Source: Phoronis australis
Lineage: Eukaryota > Animalia > Phoronida
DNA length: 64,000 nucleotides
NCBI GenBank assembly: GCA_002633005.1
Contig: NMRA01000256.1
Coordinates: 527,336 to 591,335, forward strand
Direction of reading: 5' to 3'
Shown: one piece after another, positions 53,611-64,000 of the stretch
Layout: each line of letters starts with the position of its first letter
Numbering within the stretch: position 1 is the stretch's first letter
Notes under the pieces: generated by a model
Told to the model about the DNA's origin: nothing
Seen by the model: only the letters and a program-made list of their open reading frames with translations
Databases searched by the model: none
Made by a program: the position numbers and the translations under genes

Positions 53611-55847
53611 TATATGCTCCCAAGCATCTGTGAGGGATCTATATTTTAGTATCTTTGTCTTGATTGGGTAGAAATCATTTGAATCATTGAAATTATTTCC
53701 ATGGTGGTTTAATTTATCATTTGTATAGTCTCTCTAATCTATTTCCTTTTTTATATGTTACTATTACACATTGTTAATTTTCGCATTTTGGTTAAACCTG
53801 TCAGGTATGCGAAATGATGATAATAATTATGAATGAAATTATGAATCGTTTGCTTCTGCCATTATCATGCAACCTAAAGAATTGACGAAGGGCTTTCTAA
53901 TAATAAGACTCTTATTCCATTCGGTTGAAAAATGGCCGAGCTGCGAAAAGTTTTAGTGGCAATCAATTCCGTAGGAATAACCAACACCGGAACAACGAAT
54001 GCAAGCAAGTGCCACGCATGCGCGGCGCAAACTTAGCAGCGCGAAATTGAAGTTTACTTTCTATGATGGTAGTAATATTTTTTTTCATTTATCCTAGTCG
54101 AATAATCCAAGGAAGAAACGTACAGGTTTAAAGTGTTGGCGTATAGATACATGTAGCATTGGTAGGCACAAAAACAAACCCTGCACAGTTTAGGAATCCA
54201 AAAAATACATACAGATACACGTGACAAAATATATTGGCACATAGTCTTCGGTTTGGTGTTGACGAGTTGTCTCAGACTGAAGGAATGGAAGTTACTTCTA
54301 GGTGCAACGCGATACAGACCACCACGGTGTATATTTAGGCGAGACTAATCACGTTGATCAGTTTTCGCTTTCATGTGTGTTACGCATCACATTTGCCAGA
54401 GGACGTTCATGTGAAACATCTTTAGATTGGGTGAAATCTGGCTACACATCTGTCGCGTCAAAGACGGGGCGCTGCATTTCGAGACAAAAATCATGCCGTG
54501 AAACAATGCTAATAGAATTGGTGTGAATAAACAGTAATTTTTCAAAGATTTATTTTTAACTGAATTTTTGAAGTTTGGGAAAATGGTCCAGGCCCACGCA
54601 TAAGGCGACACTTCGCATTGGTTCTTATGCGTAATCCCCGTCAAATTGGCCAAAACGTAAGGGGCCGTGTGATTAGGCAGGATCTGGCGAGACTTCTGTT
54701 GCATCTGAGATACGAATCAATATAGAAGTGTTATGAATAAACAGTAATTTATCAGAATAACCCAGAATGGTGGATTAAATTTCGTCGAAACGTTGGACTT
54801 GTGTATATGCATGTATGTAAGTACATAATGAACTGTTGTGCTGGGGGGATCATTCTACTGTTTATTTGGCCCAAAACCAACATCGCCATTAGAATAACTT
54901 ACGTAAGGTGGACGGATAGTAAGACAGGCGTGCACATTATAAGGGTGAGGACCTCTTCTAGCAAGGGACATCTCTATAGTTAAGCAGAAAATCACTGCCA
55001 CAACGCACGTGTCACGTATATGAGACTGGTCATTTGACTGCACTCTCTACTGATCAAACAGTGAGAAGGGAATTGCCTTTTTCAAAGGCATATAATATAT
55101 GAGCACGATATGAGTCAATGGTGTCTCAAAGCGACACCCAACCTACCCGTACCGTCTGCATTTGACAGCAGTGTCGTCCCCATGTGAAATTTAGTGAAAC
55201 TAATCCCGTTATTTTTCCCCTAGAATTTCATTCGCAATATTTAGTGCATTAGGAAACGGTATACCCGGTGAATTTTACCAAATTTGGCTCACGAGTTACC
55301 ACATACCATTTAAGAAAAACGGGCATATTGACGCACACGGACTCAAGTCTATGGGCCAATGTCAGTTTTCGTCTTTTTCGCTTTCAATTTTGATGGGCCT
55401 GTTGGCCCTAGCTGTGCAATCGCAGAGCCTGGACGAAATTATTTTTTTGCGCCAATAACGCGGGCGCACTCCTAAACTTATCTTAGTTACCGCGGTTTGT
55501 TAACTCAATTAACATTCTGATCATACTTAGTGAAATATAAAACCCCTGCCGCTGTTGACGCATGCGCGGTAGTGCGTTCACTGGTTCCTGCTATTAGGAG
55601 CGAAAAACATTGACAGTCAGCAGGAGTCCTTGGGGACACGAAGTTTGTGTAACCTTTTTCCAGAAATATTTCCGGGTTTTCTCAATACATCAGAACAAAG
55701 CTATTGGATAAACAACCTCCCGTTGGTATTTACCTACATGTAGGGCCTTACGTGTACACTGTCGTGAGTTACGCGAGTTGTAGCACTCGTTGTTTCTTTC
55801 TTACGCTTATGCGTGGCTTACGTGTTTTTATGCTACTGTTACAGAGC

Positions 55848-55880
55848 AAAAAAACAAACAAACAAACAAACAAACAAAAC
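55848..55880. repeat. (AAAC)n microsatellite
   Basis: Directly visible. Confidence 0.9.
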
Positions 55881-56899
55881 ACTGATGTTTCCAACAGCCT
55901 TCAATCAGCAGTAAAGCAATAAGCAACTGACGGGGGCTTCTCACAGTTTTCCAAGTCGAGGCCCGTTTGTTTACAGTGTGTAGGGAGAACATGTAAAAAC
56001 GGATTAATCGGAGAATAACGAGCTTTTTTAAAACCACGAGAACTGCACAAAATATTTTTCATTTAAAAAATCTTACCTACTTTCATATTTTACCAGTGTG
56101 CTCGTTTATTGACTTAAAATCGTGTTTAGAATTAAGTTTTCTCGAACTTCTGTGCCTTTGCCATATAAGAAACAAATTGCGCACTTAAGGATACTAGACA
56201 CGTACATGTAACCTGTTGCCGGGAAAAGAAGGTTATATTTTGGAGCATAAGTGTGCCTAAATGTCCAAACAAAAACGTTACCTAACGTAGTTGCGTTGTC
56301 TAAGTGCCAAATACAGTACTGGGTGCTAAAGAGCACAGAAAAAGTCAGACGACGAAAGAAGTCATGAGCGGTATTGTGGAAATACCAACATGCTCCACAC
56401 AAATCTCTTTTTCACGCCATTTTATCAACAATACCCCCAAAACGCTAATATCGTGACTTAAGAGACGATTTCTAAAGCAAACCAGCCCAATTTAGTAACT
56501 TCCATCACATCCACTTAGTATGTTTTTAATTGTGTAAGCCTTATTTGGAAACGACGACAGACGTTTTCATAGCCTTCATCAACAGTGGAAACACGGGACC
56601 GAGCAGACTTTTTTGGAACTCATCTTTTTAACCGGGCAAATTCTTGTGACAAATATGTGAATAGAACAGTCGTTTATAAAATTTATTATTCTCCCAGTTC
56701 AATATAAGCAAGAACAAAGGTCTGGGATTCCCTTACCTCACTTTACAGTTCATTGAAAGAAAAGTTTACCAAGCTAAAAGTATAGTTGAACTGGATTTTA
56801 CAAATACATATAAAAACATACAAGACAGTGCACTAGTTTATGCTTCTAAAAAGGGAGAGACTATTATGGAGTGATGAAATATTCTTACATGGTTATTAG

Positions 56900-57210
56900 G
56901 TTATGCATTTTTGACCATCTATTTGTAAACTTTTCTATTTCGAAATTTTTTAAATAAATTTATTTTTCACAGGAGTAATGTAGTTCAATTTCTTTTGTCA
57001 ATATGATTAAATTTGGAGGTTTACCGTTGAGAGGTTGCCTATATAAATGGAAGTTGCAAAGACCAAAGATTAAATTTTGAATTGCCTGGCTTCTACATCT
57101 GTTTCCAAAGAAAACAGTAAGTACATTTGTTCCCAGGGAAATATTGTTTTTATTTTCTAACCCAATCTTCAACATTGTTAAGAAAAATTCGAGCAACATC
57201 AAATTGGTTG
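56900..57210 (-). pseudogene. L1/Tx1-clade LINE ORF2 extreme C-terminus remnant
   Basis: FLNNVEDWV, then (frameshift) QNLIFGLCNFHLYRQPLNGKPPNL...HYSCEK*IYLKNFEIEKFTNRW, matching the N..ll..K..IY....P......EK.I.....KF..KW tail. Confidence 0.55.
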
Positions 57211-57659
57211 ATTATTTTATAATCCAAGAATGATTGGTAGCACCTGTGAAGTTATAACATTCAAAATCTCTTGGGAAACCTTTGCTTGACAAAAATGCAA
57301 GCAAAGTCAGCAAATGTAGGAAATCTTTCTGTCTGTGTACCGGAGGTGGTCATTGATTGCGTGCTCTTGCGTGCCACTGAACAGGGGGAAGTGGAAATCT
57401 GCAGTAAAGGAAGATTGTACATTATAACTGAACAACGGTAAACTGGTCAGACACAAGTACTCTGTAAAGCTAACTACCGCTGCCAACGCAAGGACGTTCA
57501 GCAAAATTTGCCATTCGAATGAGTGGTAGGGACCGAAAGCTCAGTCATGAAAAAATGTCCGTGCAAAAGATGAAAGAGGTGTCCTTTGTTAACTAAGGGT
57601 TACGAAGGACCTTATCAGCATGTATGGGCATTTAGCAAATTATCAAGAAAACTGTGAAT

Positions 57660-58075
57660 TTAACTCAGTAAATGTATATATTTTCTGAAAGTAGAATAAA
57701 ATTTGATTTTTGACTTTTCACAAATTTATAGTTAATTGGATCACGTGACCATGTCATGGATAGCAAAACAACGGTATCAGTAACACGATCAAATTTTATA
57801 TGCTATTAAAGTTTACTGATACATCAAAAAAGGTGTTAGTTTTCTAAAATATCATTTCGTTTTCGGTTGATGCTACTTGAAATATTTGTCATAAAAGGAT
57901 ACTTAAAAGCTCCGTTTTTGATAAACCATTCAAAAGTGAAACATCTTAAAAACAATTTCTAACAGTGCAGTATGTGAAAATTTCATGCGAAACCAATATT
58001 TCTGAGATACATTGTATAATGTTCCGAAGTTTGCCAAATTTAGCCATATTTCGAGGGTCCTACATAGATTTACTT
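57660..58075 (-). repeat. TTAA-GG-ended MITE family copy (reverse complement of 2136-2560)
   Basis: AAGTTTGCCAAATTTAGCCATATTTCGAGGGTCCTACATA and TCACGTGACCATGTC are shared in reverse orientation. Confidence 0.6.
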
Positions 58076-58794
58076 AAGAAATATTGCCTTTCCGTTGATG
58101 AGAAGAACGAGTCTTTCATAATTACGATGGCGAAGACTTTCCTGTGTTCCTTTAGCATAAATTAGGCTAACCTAAATAATAAGTTTTGGTATTGTTCAGA
58201 ATCTCAATCAATGCTTAACGACATTGTTTCAATAACAAGGTATTGTGTGAGTGTAGTACACATCACTTGGATATCGACCAAACATTGTGGAGAGTGCGAG
58301 AAATTCCTTCTAAGAAAAGAATACGTGCTCCTCTAAATAGCCCTTGGCACTTACAGATGGTCTTAAATCGATCACCTGGTTTACAAATGTACAATGGTAA
58401 CAATATCGTGTGCAAATTGAAGTTAGAGAACGACAAAGAAATACGTGACTAAACAAGGGAAATGCTTGAGCAAACTTTCCAGATAATGTGCCATTGTAAT
58501 AATTTGGTTTACCTCATGTCGGGACATTTCTATACAATAAGACAATATCAGAATGTCGCACAACGAATGGTGTTATCCAAACACTCAGCTCGCATTTACA
58601 TAAGCATCAATATAAAATAGCATACAGGGTTGGCGCTAGTGTTGTTTGGGACTCATTGGCCTTCATGTAACAAATTTTGATACCATTTCAATATTTATGA
58701 GTTCCGATACTCGTACCGTTTGAAATTTCCATGCCAACTAAAATCGAAAATACAACACTAAAATAAGAAGACATTGTTTATAATACGTAGTGGC

Positions 58795-59366
58795 AGTAGT
58801 ATAGTAAGTTGCTTAGGCGCCCTGTTGCCCTGTTTGAGCTTGATCTTGGTCAAAGGTCATAGACTAAAGGCGAAAGGTGAAAGGTCACGTATGTTGAGTG
58901 CCACCGGTAAGGGCATCATCCGCCAACCGGAAGGAAGTGACGATGACCTCACATGTCATTATATAACAAGTTTAATTGTTTGTGTTAGAAAAGGACCTCG
59001 ATCCAAGGTCAAGGTCATGCGTGTAATCGGAAGACGTCGGCAAACAGGAAGGAAAACGAGGTCGAATTAGAAGTCACATGACTGCTGACGTCATCAGGAA
59101 GGTTAGAGCGTGGCACCGACCGCAACCCGGATGATATCAAAAGATTGTGTTTGAAGAGTTCGATTGCTAGCTCGAGAGTGGACACAAAATAGGTATTATA
59201 CTGCATACTGAATGAGGATGATTCCCTTATTTTGCGTACGCCACATGTCGTCGTTGCATTATCCCCTTTGATCTCTCTCAACAACAGACGTCGCGTATAA
59301 CCCGTGAAAGATGATAAGGGGATAACTAACTAAATCAGCAACAGATGTCGCGTATAACCCGTGAAA
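58795..59366 (+). repeat. Putative Maverick terminal repeat region
   Basis: Begins AGTAGTATAGTAAG. Non-coding, with repeated AAGGTCA and CCGGA motifs and a 28-bp direct repeat CAACAGA(C/T)GTCGCGTATAACCCGTGAAA at 59282 and 59339. No partner TIR seen in the window. Confidence 0.45.
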
Positions 59367-60521
59367 TATATTAATAAGCAGACATTGTAACCACCTAAAA
59401 TAGAACATCAATTTAATATTGTTTAAAAATGTATTAATAGCAAAGTAAATTCTAAAACACTACAAAAACCATCAAGAGCTTCAGACACCATTATCCGTAC
59501 AAGTGGTAAATTAAATTGAATTTTCCTGCACTACGGAGAAGAGATACACAAGCCGGGCTGGAGACGCTTCTTATTAATAGAGTATAGGATTACATAGTAC
59601 ATAAGTTTGTCTTGTGTAACTTTTTCATAAAGACCGGGCTGACTTATAATTTTACTTGATAATGAGTCAATTAGGTATATTTCTAACCAATCTAGGCATA
59701 CCAAAAGGCATATTAATTATCGTCTATGTACTATTAGGTGCCATCAAGTTTTTTTTACATAATTTTACAGAGATCGGCTGACACATATCTTACATTATAA
59801 TGGGTCATTTAGGTATGTTTCACGGGGGTCAATTAAGAATGATTCGAACACGTCTGCTCTTACGTAAGATGCTGCATCTTATTAGATCTTTCAACAGGAT
59901 TATGCGTTTCTTTATACTTGGTCCATAACGTGTACTTCGAACCAAACAACTGGGCATACACACGTCGTAAATTAATTACCCTCTGTGCACTGCTAGTTGC
60001 TACGCAATGCGTATGTAATAACCTTGAACGCCAGAGATATCAGTAAATTGAGTAGAGAATTGACGAAGTCTACGAATTAATCCGAAATCAGAGTTTGCTA
60101 GTTAGCGGTGAGTTACAATTTTCTTAATTCTTCACTTTACAGATTATTGTAATTTTGTTTCACGTACTGTGAATCCAGCCTTTCGTTGTTTTTGACCAAC
60201 CGTCTAAATTGAAGATTCAAGACCCTTTTCAATTCCTCGTTTTTTTATCTATTTTTCAATTTTATTTTATAGATTAGCCATCCTCTGAAATTGTCTAAAA
60301 GTTTTTTCACCAACACTACATCTGTGGTGAGTCTATTTATTATAATCAATCCTGGTTCTTCCGATGTTTTTTGTGTTTGATTTTTTCGTAAACAAATATT
60401 AACACATGTCACCTACCAATATTTCAGTGTGGGTATAATTTTATAATCTATGTAGCGTAATACCATAAGTAACAATGAGCGTTTAGACGTTGAATATACG
60501 TTGTATGTGGACGAGTTGTGA

Positions 60522-60955
60522 TTACATTAATTCGTCAACAAATTCTGAAACAGAGCGATCGTTAGTTTTAATGTCTTTATTCAACAAATTCGCAATAAAA
60601 TCCATGCTCCATCCTCTGCACCGATATAACAAATTAAATATACAATATTGTCCACAAACTGTCGACGAAAGACCCTGAAGTTGTCTGATCTGAGTTGTCC
60701 TCCATTCGTATTTCTATCGAGAAAGTCTCCGATAGCGGTGGCACGCCGTTTGAGTCAAAATGTTTTCTTTTTCCATCCTCGGTCAGATAAATAGCCACCC
60801 AGTTTGTTCCAGGATTGTGGCTAGGATCATAGTTGCAAACGTAAACATACGGATGTGAAACGACACCTAGGTTACACAATTCATCACTCACAAGACAACC
60901 GCCGAAGTCCTGTCCGACAAAGTTATCGCTTTCTAGAATTCTGATCAGTCCTCAT
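60522..60955 (-). pseudogene. Maverick adenain-like cysteine protease (PRO), left arm
   Basis: YVCNYDPSHNPGTNWVAIYLTEDGKRKHFDSNGVPPLSE, then (frameshift) LQGLSSTVCGQYCIFNLLYRCRGWSM. Retains Asp, Gln and Cys; the catalytic His is replaced by Asn. Confidence 0.9.
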
Positions 60956-60969
60956 GGTGAGAAATTAAA

Positions 60970-61157
60970 CTATACGTTTCCAGCTCTATTAATTTCCAGA
61001 ATGTTCTTAAACTCGGCATAACAAACAACTTTTATTGTAGAAGGCAGCTCCGATGGGAAATGGACTTCCAAGCGGAGGTTTCGTTGTTTTATGAGAGTAA
61101 AGTGACCCCATCCGATATGTCAGGGGTCAGATCAAAAGCAATCAGCGTGTTGCCTCC
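60970..61157 (-). pseudogene. Maverick major capsid protein (PY/MCP) C-terminal fragment
   Basis: GGNTLIAFDLTPDISDG, then (frameshift) GHFTLIKQRNLRLEVHFPSELPSTIKVVCYAEFKNILEINRAGNV*, matching the FDLTPD...LRLE..F...L......YAEF.N.IEI tail of polintovirus double-jelly-roll MCP. Confidence 0.88.
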
Positions 61158-61168
61158 GATTTCACACC

Positions 61169-61592
61169 ATGAGGACAGATCAGATTACTACAATTCTAGA
61201 AAGCGATGACTTTGTCGGACAGGTGTTTGGCGGTTGTTTTGCTAGTGATGAATTTTGTAACCTAGGTGTCGTTTCACATCCGAATGCTTTAACAGTTTGT
61301 GTGACCCTAGCCACTAACCCGGAACACACAGGGTGGCTATTTATCTGACCAAAGATGGAAATGGAGAATATTTGTACTCGTTCGGCGTCCCACCTCTATC
61401 TGAGCACCCGAGAGACTTTCTCGATTGGAATGGAAGGACAACTAATACCAGAAAATTCAGGGTCTTTCGTCGACAGTTTTTGGACAATATTATATATTTT
61501 ATTTGTAACATGTGTGCCGACGTCGGAGCATGGACTTTACTGTTAATTTTAACAATCGCTCTGTTTCAGAATTTGTTGACGGATTAATATAA
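61169..61592 (+). pseudogene. Maverick adenain-like cysteine protease (PRO), right arm
   Basis: MRTDQITTILESDDFVGQVFGGCFASDE..., then DPSH*PGTHRVAIYLTKDGNGEYLYSFGVPPLSE, then IQGLSSTVFGQYYIFYL*. His is retained; Asp and Cys are mutated; two frameshifts. Confidence 0.9.
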
Positions 61593-63582
61593 TCACAAAT
61601 CGTACTCAACGTTTTAAACGCTTAATGTATTTTTGGTATTACGCTACAGAGATTATAAAATTATATTGAATTTGAAATATTGGTAGCGGACAGGAGTTAA
61701 TGTTTGATTACGAAAAAAGAAAATACAATACTGGAAGAATCAGACTCACCACAGATATAGTGACGGTAAAAAAAAAATAGAAAACAGAAGATGGCTAGTC
61801 TGCAAAATAAAATAAAATAAAATAAAATAAAAAGTAAATAAAAAACGAGGAATTAAAAAGAGTGCTGAATATGCAGTCTAGACGGTTGGTGAAAAACAAC
61901 GAAAGCCTGGATACCAAGTACGTGAAACGAAATTTTAAAAATCTGTAAAGTGAACAATTAAGAAAATGGTAACTCACCGCTAACTAGCAAACTCTGATTT
62001 CGGATTAATTTGTATTCTGTAGACTTGGTCAAAACTCTCCTCAGTTTACTGATATCTCTGGCGTTCAAGGTTATTATATACGCATTGCGTGGCATCTAAT
62101 AGTACACAGAGGGTAATTAATGTACGATGTAGGTATACCCAGTTGTTTTGTTCGAAATACACGTTATGGGCAAAGTATAAAGAAACACATATTCCTGTTG
62201 AAAGAACTGAAAAGATGCAGCATCTTATTCAAGAGCCAAAGTCCCAGACGGGTTCGAACTTTATGATTGATCCCGTGAAACATACCTAAATGACCCATTA
62301 TAAAGTAAGATATGTGTCGTCCAGTCATAGATAGTAATTAATTTTCCACTATTGTACTCCTAGATTGGTAAGAAATATACCTAATTAATCCATTATAAAG
62401 CAAAATTATGTGTCAGCCCGGTCTTTGTGAAAAAATACACAAGACAAACTCATGTAAGAAATCCAGTACGCTATTTGTATGAAGCGTGTCCAGTCCGGCT
62501 CGTGTATATCTTCTCGCGTAGACATAGGAAAATCTAAATTAATTCAGGTTTTGGACATTGAAGAATTTACCACTTGTAGGGATAATTGTGTCTGAACGTT
62601 TTTAGGATTTTTGTATTGTTTCAGAATGTTATATTACGTTTACGTTCTATTTTAGGTGGTTACAATGTCTGCTTATTAGCAAAGACGCTAACAAGACTAT
62701 TCACCAAGGCCGCTGTCATTATTGTGTCATGGACCGTGGCGACACCTAGCGGGTGTGTGTGGGCCGACGAAGTGCGCAAGGCATTCACTATGGCCGATCT
62801 TAGTTTGTCAAATACAAAATTGTCAGTGAAGTGTCTTTGTTTAAAATATTGAAAACAAAAAAACACGAGCACTGTAATGGAAAAATACACATAGGCAAAA
62901 TATAGAGTAAACCAAGAAAAAATTTGGGCAGCAAAGGTAATATAAATTACGAGAAATAAATCATAAGCAAGAGGGAGACTCAGTAATAAGAGCTGAGTAG
63001 ATGGAAGTAGGTTATTGGAGACTGTGCAGGTACCGAACCTGTAGGATTTTGTCCAGAGGGGTCAGGAATGTAATAAACATCAAATGGATCTGCTGAAGAA
63101 GAGATAGGAGTGGGGGTGCCCCTCAACCAATTGAAAGGGCAGAGATAGCTTTCTTCCCCCAATATTCCAGGTGTTAATATCAATTAATTAACAATTAATT
63201 ATGTAAGCTTTTAACACACAAACTGTGTTTTAAAATAAAATGGAGAAATTAGTAGATCTTTTTTTCGAAAATTCACATCTTAAAGACGTTCTAGATTGAA
63301 GCACTTGTGTCTGTGCCCATTTACATGAAACTGTCCCAAATATCGACCCAACAGGGTTTTTTAAAGGGGGGGGGGGTCGGATAATGATTTTTTAAGAAAG
63401 GTGGCCCAAATCAACAATTTGAAAATTCTAGCCTTGATATCACTAGAATCAAGGAAAATGGGGGTCCAGACCCCTTTAACCTACCACCCTGGATCTGCCT
63501 GTACTCAACTGAGTTGGTGAATCTTTTAGGCATTTTTTTGTTCTTTGCTCACAGTTTTTATATTTTTCTATCATTTTATCTT

Positions 63583-63740
63583 AATTATGAACTCCTCTTT
63601 TGACTTATGATGTTTTATAATAATATAACTAAAAACTGAGCTCTTAATTCAGGCAAAACATTTAGGGACTTAGTCCTTAAATTAGGTGCATTGCATGAAA
63701 AGATCCCTACTTATTTTCAATCATTGAGAATTCAACGTAG
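63583..63740 (+). repeat. Copy of dispersed repeat 47503-47655
   Basis: Direct sequence similarity. Confidence 0.7.
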
Positions 63741-64000
63741 AAAACTCCCAAAAACGTAGTAGTTTTAGGCAACAGTGGAGTCGCTACTTGGGACTGATTC
63801 ACTGGACCCCAAGCATCCGTGCCCGATGGTATCTGAAATGGGTAGCGCATTGGGGTGGGTTGTGGTGAATGAAACTGGAGGCAAAAGGGGTACGGGTTCC
63901 AAACCTGCAAGAGATGGAATTACCGCCTGAAGTCCAGTAAACCTGCCTTGTATGCCCCCATAAAACAGCCAAGATGCATATTGAATATGCAATCCATTTT

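Larger units (their letters stand above)
58795..62678. mobile_element. Polinton/Maverick (endogenous dsDNA virus) remnant with internal inverted duplication
   Basis: Protease and major-capsid remnants in the typical MCP-then-PRO order. AGTAGT-type start at 58795 (putative terminus). No integrase, pPolB or ATPase recognised. Confidence 0.8.
59372..62678. repeat. Long inverted repeat, arms about 59372-60959 and 61165-62678
   Basis: Collinear reverse-complement similarity along the arms, e.g. TAATAAGCAGACATTGTAACCACCTAAAATAGAAC vs GTTCTATTTTAGGTGGTTACAATGTCTGCTTATTA. Many substitutions and indels. Confidence 0.95.

Noticed and set aside
59282-59366. Repeat-spacer-repeat resembling a mini-CRISPR (28 bp + 29 bp + 28 bp)
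   Set aside because: Only two repeats, in a eukaryotic viral-terminus context; simpler as a local duplication.

Overview
Eukaryotic, AT-rich, gene-poor genomic DNA. The repeat spectrum suggests a marine invertebrate such as a hemichordate or lancelet; this is inference only. I found no intact host protein-coding gene, rRNA, true tRNA or CRISPR array. Almost everything recognisable is decayed mobile DNA. (1) Two deletion derivatives of one TTAA-flanked Kolobok family at 250-1850 and 43836-45159, carrying the THAP/transposase 5' part; the first also has a KolX remnant and the second has two 'left' ends. (2) Three RTEX-like LINE remnants, two L1/Tx1-like remnants and a Penelope RT/GIY-YIG 3' fragment. 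(3) An IS3EU-type element with a perfect 6-bp TSD. (4) Many MITEs. (5) A decayed stand-alone HIRAN-domain gene. (6) At about 58.8-62.7 kb, a Polinton/Maverick endogenous virus remnant arranged as a ~3.3-kb foldback: two inverted adenain-type protease pseudogenes, with the major-capsid 3' end forming the loop. The most unusual structures are the Maverick foldback, the two-left-end Kolobok, a TSD-flanked tRNA-derived hairpin insertion and the HIRAN remnant. None is demonstrably a new functional system. All protein calls come from manual translation and motif recall, not database searches, and boundaries of decayed elements are approximate.
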